DNA of 64,000 nt from an uncultured Candidatus Saccharibacteria bacterium (lineage in GTDB: Bacteria > Patescibacteriota > Minisyncoccia > Sungbacterales > SURF-37). Location: contig CAYIKH010000001.1 of the NCBI GenBank assembly GCA_964363965.1, positions 727 through 64,726 of the forward strand. The letters run 5' to 3'. How positions within the stretch are numbered: the stretch's first letter is position 1; each line of letters opens with the position of its first letter. Shown here in pieces: positions 54,325 through 62,822 of the stretch. The position numbers and the translations under genes were made by a program. The notes under the pieces were generated by a model, which was not told where the DNA came from, did not search any database, and saw only the letters and a program-made list of their open reading frames with translations.

Positions 54325-54599
54325 TTATTATACATGGTTGCCACTTGCTTTTACGCCAAGTATTATAGATTAGGTACATGAACAGAACCCACAAAAGATC
54401 CCGCACCTTTTTTGAATTGGGTCATAGAGGCTGGCACTCACAAAAGACAAATAGAATTGGAGTCTACCCCTCTATGGCCCTCTTGAGAGAAGGTGCGGGG
54501 GAGTCAAGCCTTCTTGGCCCTCTAGAGGAAGATGTAGTTTTTTGTCCTCCAACGGGGGGTTTCCATTTTTTGTGGCTAACCCCGTAGCCTGCGAGTGTC

Positions 54600-55550
54600 A
54601 TGGCTATCGCCGTCAAAGAATACGAACCACTGGCCCGCCACACTGTATTCAATATTGGCGGGTCGGCACGATTTTTTATTGATATCGTCTCGCGGGACGA
54701 GCTCTCCGCGGCCATTGATTTTGCCGTCGAGCGCCATCTCCCATGGCGGGTCCTAGGGGCGGGCTCAAATGTTTTGATTTCCGATGCCGGCTTTAATGGC
54801 GCGGTCATTCATCCGGCTGGTGGAAGTATTGCGGTTCAAAAGAACCGCATAACCGCCGAAGCTGGCGTTGCCATGGCCCGCGTGGTGGCCGAAGCGCTGA
54901 AACATGGACTCTCCGGGTTTGAATGGGCCGTGGGCATTCCCGGCACCATAGGCGGATCGGTCCGCGGCAATGCCGGCTGTTTTGGTAGTGAGATGTCAAA
55001 CGTCGTCGCGGCGATTGAAGTGTTTAATGCCAAAAGCGGCAAGATCGAGGAATGGCCGGGGACTAAGGCTGAATTTTATTATCGTGACAGCGTCTTTAAA
55101 CGGCGTCCGGAGCTCGTCGTTCTGGCCGTGACGCTAGAGCTTAAGCCCGGCAACAGGGAAGATGGCGAGAAGCTGGTGCGCGACTATATTAGCCATCGCG
55201 ATAAGACTCAGGACATCGGTTCGCGGTCAGCCGGCTGCATTTTCAAAAATATTCCATGGAAGCGGCGCGACATTGATGCCCCGGAACTGGTGTCGCGCTT
55301 CCCGGAACTTAGCGCATTTAGTGGAAGTCATGGCATTCCGGCCGGCTTCCTGGTTGACCGCGTCGGCCTTAAAGGGCGGAGTCTCGGCGGAGCCAAAATA
55401 TCCGAGCGCCATGGCAATTTTATTATCAATACCGGCGGGGCCACCGCCGAGGATGTTCTGATACTTATTGGTATTGCCAAAGAGCATGTGCATCGCACCT
55501 ACGGATTGCTTCTCGAAGAAGAGATTCAGTATATCGGATTTGAGGAGTAA
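54600..55550 (+). CDS. murB: UDP-N-acetylenolpyruvoylglucosamine reductase
   Basis: An FAD-binding domain is followed by GNAGCFGSEMS and SAGCIFKN, with the MurB C-terminal domain. Confidence 0.85.
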   Translation: MAIAVKEYEPLARHTVFNIGGSARFFIDIVSRDELSAAIDFAVERHLPWRVLGAGSNVLISDAGFNGAVIHPAGGSIAVQKNRITAEAGVAMARVVAEALKHGLSGFEWAVGIPGTIGGSVRGNAGCFGSEMSNVVAAIEVFNAKSGKIEEWPGTKAEFYYRDSVFKRRPELVVLAVTLELKPGNREDGEKLVRDYISHRDKTQDIGSRSAGCIFKNIPWKRRDIDAPELVSRFPELSAFSGSHGIPAGFLVDRVGLKGRSLGGAKISERHGNFIINTGGATAEDVLILIGIAKEHVHRTYGLLLEEEIQYIGFEE

Positions 55551-55630
55551 TCGTGGATATACGAATGTTCACAAATATACGAATTCTTGAACTTGGAAGC
55601 TAAGCTCCCAAGTTGGTTAATTGGTCAATC

Positions 55631-55660
55631 AAAAACTCCGCGCTTGGCGCGGAGTTTTTG
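55631..55660 (+). terminator. Intrinsic (bidirectional) terminator after murB
   Basis: aaaaactccgcgc-ttgg-gcgcggagttttt is a perfect stem flanked by an A-run and a T-run. Confidence 0.8.
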
Positions 55661-55836
55661 TGATGCGGCTTTAGCGCTTCTTGCCCTTTTTTGCCGCCTT
55701 GCGTCGTTTTGCCATTTTTCTTTTTGACTCGGCTTAACGGTGGGGCCGACTGGTTACCACCTAAATTTTTTTCATCGCCGAACGATGGAAATTTTTATCT
55801 TCGTCTCTTTATTTTAATTCTTTATATATATACTTT

Positions 55837-55942
55837 CAACTGTGGATAACTCGATTTCAGGGTTTCCCCTTTTCTTCCGGAAACGAGTTTAGTGAGTTCC
55901 ATAGTTATCCACAGTTGCAAATTTTTAAACTCACCATATAGT
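55837..55942 (+). promoter_or_regulatory. Inverted repeat plus sigma70-like promoter upstream of hpf
   Basis: caactgtggataact (55837-55851) is the reverse complement of agttatccacagttg (55903-55917), with a nested gtttcc..ggaaac between them. TTGCAA (55915-55920), a 16-nt spacer and TATAGT (55937-55942) put the predicted TSS within a few nt of the ATG at 55950. Confidence 0.45.
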
Positions 55943-55949
55943 AAAAGTA

Positions 55950-56366
55950 ATGAAGTTGGTGGTGAAGGGAGTCAATCTCACCTTGACGCCGAGCTTACGC
56001 CGCTACGTTGATGAAAAGCTTGTTGAGTCTGTGGAGAAACTTCTTTTGCACCATCCGGCTTATCCGGCTACCACACTTGAACTTGAGCTGATTTACGGCT
56101 CGCGGCATCACCGCAAAGGAAAGATATGGGAGGCGGTCGTGAATATGCGGCTGCCGCAAAAACAAGTGTGGCAGAAGGTCGTGGCCGAAGACATCCACGC
56201 GGCCATTGATGAGTTGGCCGATGTCTTAAAACGGGAACTCAAAAAATACAAAGAGCGCTCGCGCTCGCGACTTCTCCGCGGAGCCCGCCAAGCGAAAAAA
56301 GACCTGAAATTCAGCCGCTTGGCCCGACTCTACCGCAAGGGCCGCATCCGACAGGAAGGCATGTAG
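55950..56366 (+). CDS. hpf: Ribosome hibernation promoting factor / ribosome-associated inhibitor (RaiA/HPF family)
   Basis: MKLVVKGVNLTLTPSLRRYVDEKL is the canonical HPF/YfiA N-terminus. Confidence 0.8.
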   Translation: MKLVVKGVNLTLTPSLRRYVDEKLVESVEKLLLHHPAYPATTLELELIYGSRHHRKGKIWEAVVNMRLPQKQVWQKVVAEDIHAAIDELADVLKRELKKYKERSRSRLLRGARQAKKDLKFSRLARLYRKGRIRQEGM

Positions 56367-56380
56367 AGCGCCAGGGTTAG

Positions 56381-56806
56381 TTGAAGAAACTCCGTCCCGG
56401 CTCGCCGGGACTCAAAATAAGCCGCCATTTTGGCCTCCATCTTACACTGGACGGCTATTTGGCCAGCCGCCAAAAATTGAATGATATGGCCTTAGTGGCC
56501 AAGGCCTTGAAAGAATTGCCGGAGAGATTGGGTATGACGCGCCTTACTCCGCCCTATGTTGTGGAAGTGGCCTCCAACAACAAAAAAGATCCGGGCGGCT
56601 ATTCCGGATTTGTCATAATCCAAGAGTCACATATATCAATTCACACCTTTCCCAGCAGGCGTTTCGTTTCCATTGACGTCTACTCCTGCCGCGATTTTGA
56701 TCCTCGGCCCATCCGCCGCTATTTTCGGCGGATATTTAGCATTCGCAAATTAGAAAACCATCTCATTATTCGCGGAACCGAATATCCGATGAAGGACTTC
56801 ATTTAG
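56381..56806 (+). CDS. speH: S-adenosylmethionine decarboxylase proenzyme family (class 1b, pyruvoyl-dependent), copy 1
   Basis: GFVIIQESHISIHTFPSRRFVSIDVYSC holds the ES|H self-cleavage motif; the N-terminus has H...D..Y/C. Confidence 0.7.
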   Translation: MKKLRPGSPGLKISRHFGLHLTLDGYLASRQKLNDMALVAKALKELPERLGMTRLTPPYVVEVASNNKKDPGGYSGFVIIQESHISIHTFPSRRFVSIDVYSCRDFDPRPIRRYFRRIFSIRKLENHLIIRGTEYPMKDFI

Positions 56807-56809
56807 CTT

Positions 56810-57181
56810 ATGAGTCGTTCATTACACATCCTGGCTGATCTTTACGGCTGCCAAGGCGATCCGGTCTACCTCACTCACAAAAGCAAAACGCGGACAAAAA
56901 CCCTGCTTCTGGTTCGCCGCGCCGGATTTCAGATCGTGGCCTCGCGCTTCCATAAATTTCCCACCCATCCTCAAGGCGAAGGCGGGATTACCGGCGTGGT
57001 CATTGTTTCAGAATCGCATCTTACCATTCATACCTGGCCGGAGCGAAGATACGTAAATCTTGACGTCTTTTTCTGCAACTACACCCGCGACAACACGCGT
57101 AAAGCCCGGGCGGTGTTAACGGAGTTCAAAAAGATCTACCGGCCCAAGCGCGTCAAGCAGCGTGCGGTGTGGAGGGATTAG
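56810..57181 (+). CDS. S-adenosylmethionine decarboxylase-family pyruvoyl enzyme, copy 2 (possible neofunctionalised paralogue)
   Basis: GVVIVSESHLTIHTWPERRYVNLDVFFCN and an N-terminal LHILADLYGCQGD. Confidence 0.65.
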   Translation: MSRSLHILADLYGCQGDPVYLTHKSKTRTKTLLLVRRAGFQIVASRFHKFPTHPQGEGGITGVVIVSESHLTIHTWPERRYVNLDVFFCNYTRDNTRKARAVLTEFKKIYRPKRVKQRAVWRD

Positions 57182-57326
57182 CATTTGTTTAGCCAGAGGG
57201 CGTGCGAGGCGCGAAGTCCGAACAGCAACGGGGTTAACGTCAACGTCTACGTGTGAGTTGGCGCTCTACGGTGGCGCTTTTTTTGTTCGGTGTTTTGCGC
57301 TACAATAGCGGGGTTATTCTCCCGAT

Positions 57327-59999
57327 ATGGCCATTCTCTCTAAAATTTTTGGCGATTCCAATGAGCGGTTTTTGCGCTCACTCCAACCCCTTGTCGAGCG
57401 GATAAATGCGCTTGAACTGGAGTTGGGAAAGCTTTCGGCTGACGTCCTCCGGACCAAGACGGTCGAATTTAGGGAACGCCTGGCCAAAGGCGAGACCCTG
57501 GATGACATTCTCCACGAAGCTTTTGCTACAGTTCGCGAGGCGGCCAAACGCGCGATCGACCAGCGCCACTTTGACGTCCAGCTCGTCGGCGGGATTGTGC
57601 TTCACCGCGGCGTCATCGCCGAGATGAAAACGGGTGAAGGAAAAACGCTGGTGGCCACTCTGCCGCTATACTTGAACGCGCTTGCTGGCAAGGGTACGCA
57701 TCTCGTCACGCCCAATGATTATCTCTCGCGGGTCGGCGGCGGCTGGATGGGCCCGGTATATCATACTCTCGGTGTTTCGGTAGGCGTGATTTGTCATGAC
57801 TTTTCCGGAATCTATGACCCGTCTTATACCGAAACCACATCTCACGGTGATCCGCGTCTGGATCACTGGCGACCGGTTTCGCGCCGCGAAGCCTATCTTG
57901 CCGACATAACCTACGGCACCAACAATGAATTCGGCTTTGATTACCTTCGCGACAACATGGCCTATGCCATGGAGCAGGTTAGCCAGCGGGATCACTACTA
58001 TGCGATCGTTGACGAAGTTGACTCCATTTTGATTGACGAGGCCCGAACGCCGCTCATCATCTCGGCTCCGGATGAGGAATCGGCCGGCTACTACCAGACC
58101 TTTGCCCGCATCGTGCCCAATCTCAAGGAAAACTCGGATTACAACGTGGATGAAAAGATGAAGGCCGTGACCATCACCGAGGAGGGGATTGAGAAGGTTG
58201 AGCGGATTCTCGGCGTAAAGAACATCTACGAGGAGAAGGGATTCCGCTATGTCCGCTATTTAGAACAGGCCTTGCGGGCCCAAGCCCTTTTTCAGCGCGA
58301 TCGCGACTATGTTGTCCGCGACGGCGAAGTAATCATCGTGGATGAGTTTACCGGCCGCCTCATGCCCGGCCGCCGCTGGTCCGAAGGCCTGCATCAGGCC
58401 ATTGAGGCCAAGGAAGGCGTTCAAGTCCAGCGTGAATCGCGGACGCTCGCCACCATCACCTTTCAGAATTACTTTCGGATGTATGAGAAGCTTTCGGGCA
58501 TGACCGGCACGGCGGCGACTTCGGCCGAGGAATTCCATAAGGTCTATCACATGGATGTGGTGCTTATCCCGACTAACCAGCTCATGATTCGGCGTGATTT
58601 GCCGGATCTTGTTCTTCGTACGGAACACGGCAAGTTCTTGGCTGCGGCGCGGGAGATTAAAAAGCGGTATGAGCTTGGACAGCCTGTGCTGGTGGGGACG
58701 GTGTCCATCGAAAAAAGCGAAAGATTTGCAGAGTACTTGAAGCGCGAAGGCATAGTCCATAACATCTTGAACGCCAAGAATCACGAAGCCGAGGCTATGG
58801 TCATTACCCAAGCCGGACGGCTGGGGGCGGTGACTCTGGCCACCAACATGGCCGGCCGCGGGGTGGACATTATTCTTGGTGGTAATCCGCCGGACGATCG
58901 TGAGGCTGGGCGAGTCCGGGAGCTGGGAGGTCTTTTTGTCTTGGGCACGGAGCGGCATGAGGCCCGGCGCATTGACAATCAGCTTCGCGGCCGCTCCGGC
59001 CGCCAGGGCGATTCCGGCTCCTCCCAGTTTTTCCTCTCGCTTGAGGATGATCTTATGCGCGTTTTCGGCGGGGGCCGCATCAAGGCGATGATGGAATCCT
59101 TCGGCATCCCCGAAGATCAGCCCATTGAGAACCGCATGGTGACCAAGGCCATAGAATCGGCCCAGTCCAAGATCGAAGGCTTCCACTTTGACGCCCGTAA
59201 ACACATCCTCGAATTTGATGACGTGATGAATAAGCAGCGTGATTATGCCTATCGGTTGCGCCGCGGAGTGCTTCAAGAGGGTGGACTTGCACCGGGAAAG
59301 CTCCTGGAGAGACTTGATGTGATGCTGGAGGAAGAAATTACAAAACTGGTCGCGTTCCATACTGCCGAGCGCTATCCTTCCGAGTGGAATATTGAAGAAA
59401 TCGTTGAGAACTCCCGGGCCATCGCTGATGTGCCGGCCTCGCTCCATGAGGAACTGTCCCGCATTGCCGGCAACGAGGAACAAGTTGGTGAAAAGCGTAA
59501 GGCCGTAAGCCGCCATCTCGTTCAAATCTTCAAGCGTCTCTTGGAAGAGCGCAAAAAAGCCATGGGCGAGAATACCATCGCCGCCGTGGCCAAAATAGTG
59601 ATGCTCCAATCCATTGATATGCTGTGGATGGATCACCTTGACCAGATGGAGCATCTTCGCGATTCGGTCAGGCTTCGCGCCTACGGCCAGCGCGATCCCC
59701 TGGTGGAATACAAAAACGAGGGGCTGCGGCTTTTCCGGCAGTTGCGATCAGCCATCAATTCCCAGATTGTTGGCACTATATTCAAAGTCGGAATGCGGCC
59801 GGCGGGTACCGCTGCGGCGGAGCCGGCGCGCTCACCAGCCCTGGTATTCCAATCGGCCAAGGACGAGCAAGGCCGAGCTCCGGTCGCTGCCGGCGCTGTG
59901 GCGGCCCCGAACCCCGCGCCAAAGAAGCCGCCGGTCGGCCGCAACGACCCCTGCCCATGCGGATCAGGCAAGAAATATAAGAAATGTCATGGAAAATAA
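57327..59999 (+). CDS. secA: Preprotein translocase ATPase SecA
   Basis: 890 aa with the DEAD-like motor (MKTGEGKTLVATL, DEVDSILIDEARTPLIIS) and a C-terminal Zn finger CPCGSGKKYKKCHG. Confidence 0.9.
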   Translation: MAILSKIFGDSNERFLRSLQPLVERINALELELGKLSADVLRTKTVEFRERLAKGETLDDILHEAFATVREAAKRAIDQRHFDVQLVGGIVLHRGVIAEMKTGEGKTLVATLPLYLNALAGKGTHLVTPNDYLSRVGGGWMGPVYHTLGVSVGVICHDFSGIYDPSYTETTSHGDPRLDHWRPVSRREAYLADITYGTNNEFGFDYLRDNMAYAMEQVSQRDHYYAIVDEVDSILIDEARTPLIISAPDEESAGYYQTFARIVPNLKENSDYNVDEKMKAVTITEEGIEKVERILGVKNIYEEKGFRYVRYLEQALRAQALFQRDRDYVVRDGEVIIVDEFTGRLMPGRRWSEGLHQAIEAKEGVQVQRESRTLATITFQNYFRMYEKLSGMTGTAATSAEEFHKVYHMDVVLIPTNQLMIRRDLPDLVLRTEHGKFLAAAREIKKRYELGQPVLVGTVSIEKSERFAEYLKREGIVHNILNAKNHEAEAMVITQAGRLGAVTLATNMAGRGVDIILGGNPPDDREAGRVRELGGLFVLGTERHEARRIDNQLRGRSGRQGDSGSSQFFLSLEDDLMRVFGGGRIKAMMESFGIPEDQPIENRMVTKAIESAQSKIEGFHFDARKHILEFDDVMNKQRDYAYRLRRGVLQEGGLAPGKLLERLDVMLEEEITKLVAFHTAERYPSEWNIEEIVENSRAIADVPASLHEELSRIAGNEEQVGEKRKAVSRHLVQIFKRLLEERKKAMGENTIAAVAKIVMLQSIDMLWMDHLDQMEHLRDSVRLRAYGQRDPLVEYKNEGLRLFRQLRSAINSQIVGTIFKVGMRPAGTAAAEPARSPALVFQSAKDEQGRAPVAAGAVAAPNPAPKKPPVGRNDPCPCGSGKKYKKCHGK

Positions 60000-60037
60000 A
60001 ACGGGGCCTACAGCTCATAAGAGCTTTCGGCCCGTTT

Positions 60038-60697
60038 ATGGCCAAAGATTCATTTGAAATGCGAAAAAAGCGGGCCGCAAAGATTGTTGCGGTATTAAAG
60101 AAGCTTTTCCCCAAAGCCAAGATCTTCCTGAACTACTCCAATAATTGGGAACTTTTGGTGGCCGTTGTTTTGTCGGCGCAGTGCACGGATAAAAAAGTCA
60201 ATGAAGTCACGGCCAAACTCTTTAAGAAATACAAAACTCCGAATGACTACGTAAAAGCAGACCCCAAGGAATTTGAAAAAGACATCAGACCCACCGGCTT
60301 TTTCCGCAACAAGGCCAAAAATATCCTGGCCGCGGCCAAGATGGTAAAAGATAAATTCGGCGGAAAAATACCGAGGACTATGCCTGAAATCCTCAAGATT
60401 CCCGGTGTGGCCCGAAAGACCGCAAATGTCGTCCTCGGAAACGCCTACGGCATCGTAGAGGGGATTGCCGTTGACACCCATGTCCGCAGGCTTTCAATTA
60501 AACTAGGTCTCACTGACCACAACGATCCCAACAAGATTGAGCAGGATTTGATGAAGCTCCTCCCGAAATCCGAGTGGTTCAGCTTTACTTACCGCATGAT
60601 TGAATACGGCCGCCAGATTTGTCCGGCCAGAAAGCATGAGTGTCCTGGTCATCCACTTACAAAAATATATCCGCCAGCCGCTAATCGCTGGCCGTAA
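60038..60697 (+). CDS. nth: Endonuclease III (HhH-GPD, 4Fe-4S)
   Basis: LLVAVVLSAQCTDKKVN, HhH GVARKTANVVL, and a C-terminal C-x6-C-x2-C-x5-C cluster. Confidence 0.8.
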   Translation: MAKDSFEMRKKRAAKIVAVLKKLFPKAKIFLNYSNNWELLVAVVLSAQCTDKKVNEVTAKLFKKYKTPNDYVKADPKEFEKDIRPTGFFRNKAKNILAAAKMVKDKFGGKIPRTMPEILKIPGVARKTANVVLGNAYGIVEGIAVDTHVRRLSIKLGLTDHNDPNKIEQDLMKLLPKSEWFSFTYRMIEYGRQICPARKHECPGHPLTKIYPPAANRWP

Positions 60698-60712
60698 AGT
60701 CATGTTTGAAAT

Positions 60713-61792
60713 ATGCGGATCATTATGCATCTAGATCTGGATGCCTTCTTCGCCGCGGTGGAGGAACGGTATAACCCGCAGTTTCGCGGGCGGCCGATTG
60801 TGGTCGGCGCGGATCCAAAGGCTGGGAAGGGCAGGGGAGTGGTTTCTACTGCCAACTACGCGGCGCGAAAATTTGGCATCAAATCGGCTGTGCCGATTTC
60901 GCAGGCTTGGCGGCTGGCTGAAGAAGCGCGGAGAAGGGGAGAGCCGGCCACGGTGTTCCTGCGCGGCAACTATTCGTTATATCGTGAGGTGTCAGAGCGA
61001 ATTATGGCTATCCTCGCCAGTGGCGGTGGCGCCTTTGAGCAATCGAGTATTGACGAGGCCTACCTCGAGTGGCAATTTTCAAATGATCCGTGGTGCGAAA
61101 CCGAAGAGCGAGCCAAGGTCATCAAGGGGAAAATTTTTGAGCAGGAGGGACTTACCTGCTCGGTGGGCATCGGCCCGAATAAGCTAATCGCCAAGATTGC
61201 CTCGGATTTCAAAAAGCCAGATGGGCTTACTGTTGTCCGTCCTGAGGGAGTCGAAATGTTTCTCGACCCGCTGCCCATCCGCGTAATTCCAGGCATCGGG
61301 CCAAAGTCAGAGATGCTCCTTCACCAAAAAAGTATCCGCACAATTGCCGATCTTCGCGCCGTGGATTCGGCGCGGCTCGTCGAATGGTTCGGCAAATGGG
61401 GCGAGGATTTATTCCACAAAGCCCGGGGCATAGATGATTCGCCTGTTTCCAATGAGTGGGAGCCGAAGTCTATAGGCGAACAGGAGACATTTGAACGGGA
61501 TACCCTGCAGGCGGCCTATATTTTAGAGCGGGCGAGAGACCTGGCGGCGAGTGTCCATCGCCGCTTTCGCCAGGAAGGCTTTAAATCCTTTCGTACTGTG
61601 GTAGTGACCGTCCGCTTCGCCGATTTTGAGACCTTCACCCGCTCTCATACCCCACCAAAGTCTTTGACCACCGCCGAGTCACTGCAGGGCGAGATTCTAC
61701 GCCTGCTCTTACCGTTTCTTGACCGCCGTCAAAACCCGCATCGGAAGAAAATCCGGCTCATCGGCGTACGGGTAGAGAAGCTCAGCCGGTAA
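60713..61792 (+). CDS. dinB: DNA polymerase IV (Y-family)
   Basis: MHLDLDAFFAAVE...SIDEAYLE. Confidence 0.85.
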   Translation: MRIIMHLDLDAFFAAVEERYNPQFRGRPIVVGADPKAGKGRGVVSTANYAARKFGIKSAVPISQAWRLAEEARRRGEPATVFLRGNYSLYREVSERIMAILASGGGAFEQSSIDEAYLEWQFSNDPWCETEERAKVIKGKIFEQEGLTCSVGIGPNKLIAKIASDFKKPDGLTVVRPEGVEMFLDPLPIRVIPGIGPKSEMLLHQKSIRTIADLRAVDSARLVEWFGKWGEDLFHKARGIDDSPVSNEWEPKSIGEQETFERDTLQAAYILERARDLAASVHRRFRQEGFKSFRTVVVTVRFADFETFTRSHTPPKSLTTAESLQGEILRLLLPFLDRRQNPHRKKIRLIGVRVEKLSR

Positions 61793-61855
61793 AGTATGTC
61801 CATTGCCGTCATTCGGTCATTGAAATTGTCACCTTTTATTTGTATACTTAGGACT

Positions 61856-62143
61856 ATGAAGTTTAAAAAATCTTCAATTCCAGAAAATTCCGGCCGGATT
61901 ATTGTCTCGCCGCATGGCGCGAATGTTGCCGTGTTTCGGGGTGCCAATGGCGGACTTCACGTTTTCTCGCCTCTTTGTACTCATCAGCACTGCGAGGTGA
62001 AATGGAACGATTCGGAAAAGACCTGGGACTGTCCCTGCCACGGCGCGCGGTTTGAGGCCACGGGCGAACTGAAACATGGTCCCGCGGAAAAGGGGCTCCA
62101 TCCCAAGCCCTTTCGTGAAGAAGGGGATGAGGTGCTAATTTAA
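61856..62143 (+). CDS. Rieske [2Fe-2S] domain protein
   Basis: CTHQHC...CPCHGARF. Confidence 0.7.
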   Translation: MKFKKSSIPENSGRIIVSPHGANVAVFRGANGGLHVFSPLCTHQHCEVKWNDSEKTWDCPCHGARFEATGELKHGPAEKGLHPKPFREEGDEVLI

Positions 62144-62150
62144 TCCAAAA

Positions 62151-62807
62151 ATGAACGCTGACAAAAAAATTTCACTTTCGGCATCGGCTTTGAACCTGTA
62201 TCGTGACTGCCCGCGCTGCTTTTGGTTGGAGCAAAACGGCATACGCAGGCGGCCCGAGGGCATTAAGTCCTCTTTACCTAACGGCATTGACGCGGTTCTG
62301 AAAAAATACTTTGATCGCTACCGCGGGACACTACCTCCGGAACTAAAAGGCCATATTCAGGGCCGGCTGATTGATGACCAGAATCTTCTCAATGCTTGGC
62401 GCAACCGTTGGCAGGGACTGATCTACGAAGATCCTTTTTTGAATGCCCGACTCAAAGGGCTTCTCGATGATTGCGTGGTGCACGATGCCACCTACGCGCC
62501 GCTGGATTACAAGACCAAGGGCTTTACGCCCAAAGACGATGCCCATAAGTGGAACCAGGATCAGCTGGATATCTACACGCTGCTCCTTGAAGCCAACCAG
62601 TATCCAACAGCGGGTCATGGCTATCTGATTTTCTACCATCCCATCCAGGCGCACGAGGGCGGCATGATCCAGTTTGAAATAACGCCGCGCAAGGTCGTCA
62701 CGGACAAGCAATCGGCGCTGCGCCTTTTTGAGGGTGCGGTGGGGTTTATTCGCGGTCCGGAGCCGACTCGCCAAGAGAAGTGCGAATACTGCTCCTGGAG
62801 CGGGTAA
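62151..62807 (+). CDS. PD-(D/E)XK nuclease superfamily protein, Cas4/RecB-like with Cys4 cluster
   Basis: An N-terminal CPRCFW and a C-terminal CEYCSW bracket a central DYKTK...QLDIYTLL core, matching the Cas4/AddB nuclease-domain architecture. Confidence 0.5.
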   Translation: MNADKKISLSASALNLYRDCPRCFWLEQNGIRRRPEGIKSSLPNGIDAVLKKYFDRYRGTLPPELKGHIQGRLIDDQNLLNAWRNRWQGLIYEDPFLNARLKGLLDDCVVHDATYAPLDYKTKGFTPKDDAHKWNQDQLDIYTLLLEANQYPTAGHGYLIFYHPIQAHEGGMIQFEITPRKVVTDKQSALRLFEGAVGFIRGPEPTRQEKCEYCSWSG

Positions 62808-62822
62808 ATGCCTTAGTAAGCA

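Noticed and set aside
54381-54587. 69-aa ORF in the murB upstream gap.
   Set aside because: It sits in a repeat- and hairpin-rich non-coding region, has a poor start context and no similarity. The region is treated as non-coding/regulatory instead.
55670-55714. A minus-strand 14-codon ORF (MAKRRKAAKKGKKR) ending immediately before the murB terminator hairpin.
   Set aside because: It is too short and has no SD. The lysine/arginine content is explained by the A/G-rich terminator flank. It is probably chance.
57182-57326. Possible terminator/promoter upstream of secA (gcgctctacggtggcgcttttttt and tacaat).
   Set aside because: The stem is only ~4 bp and the -35/-10 spacing is unsatisfactory, so it is too weak to annotate.
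58260-59654. 464-aa antisense ORF inside secA, plus many other long antisense ORFs in the GC-rich region (for example 35224-36051, 36079-36852, 44693-45460, 11756-12490, 41724-42368, 8455-9099).
   Set aside because: They have no recognisable domains or SD sequences and lie fully inside well-supported sense genes. They are typical stop-codon-poor shadow ORFs of GC-rich DNA.
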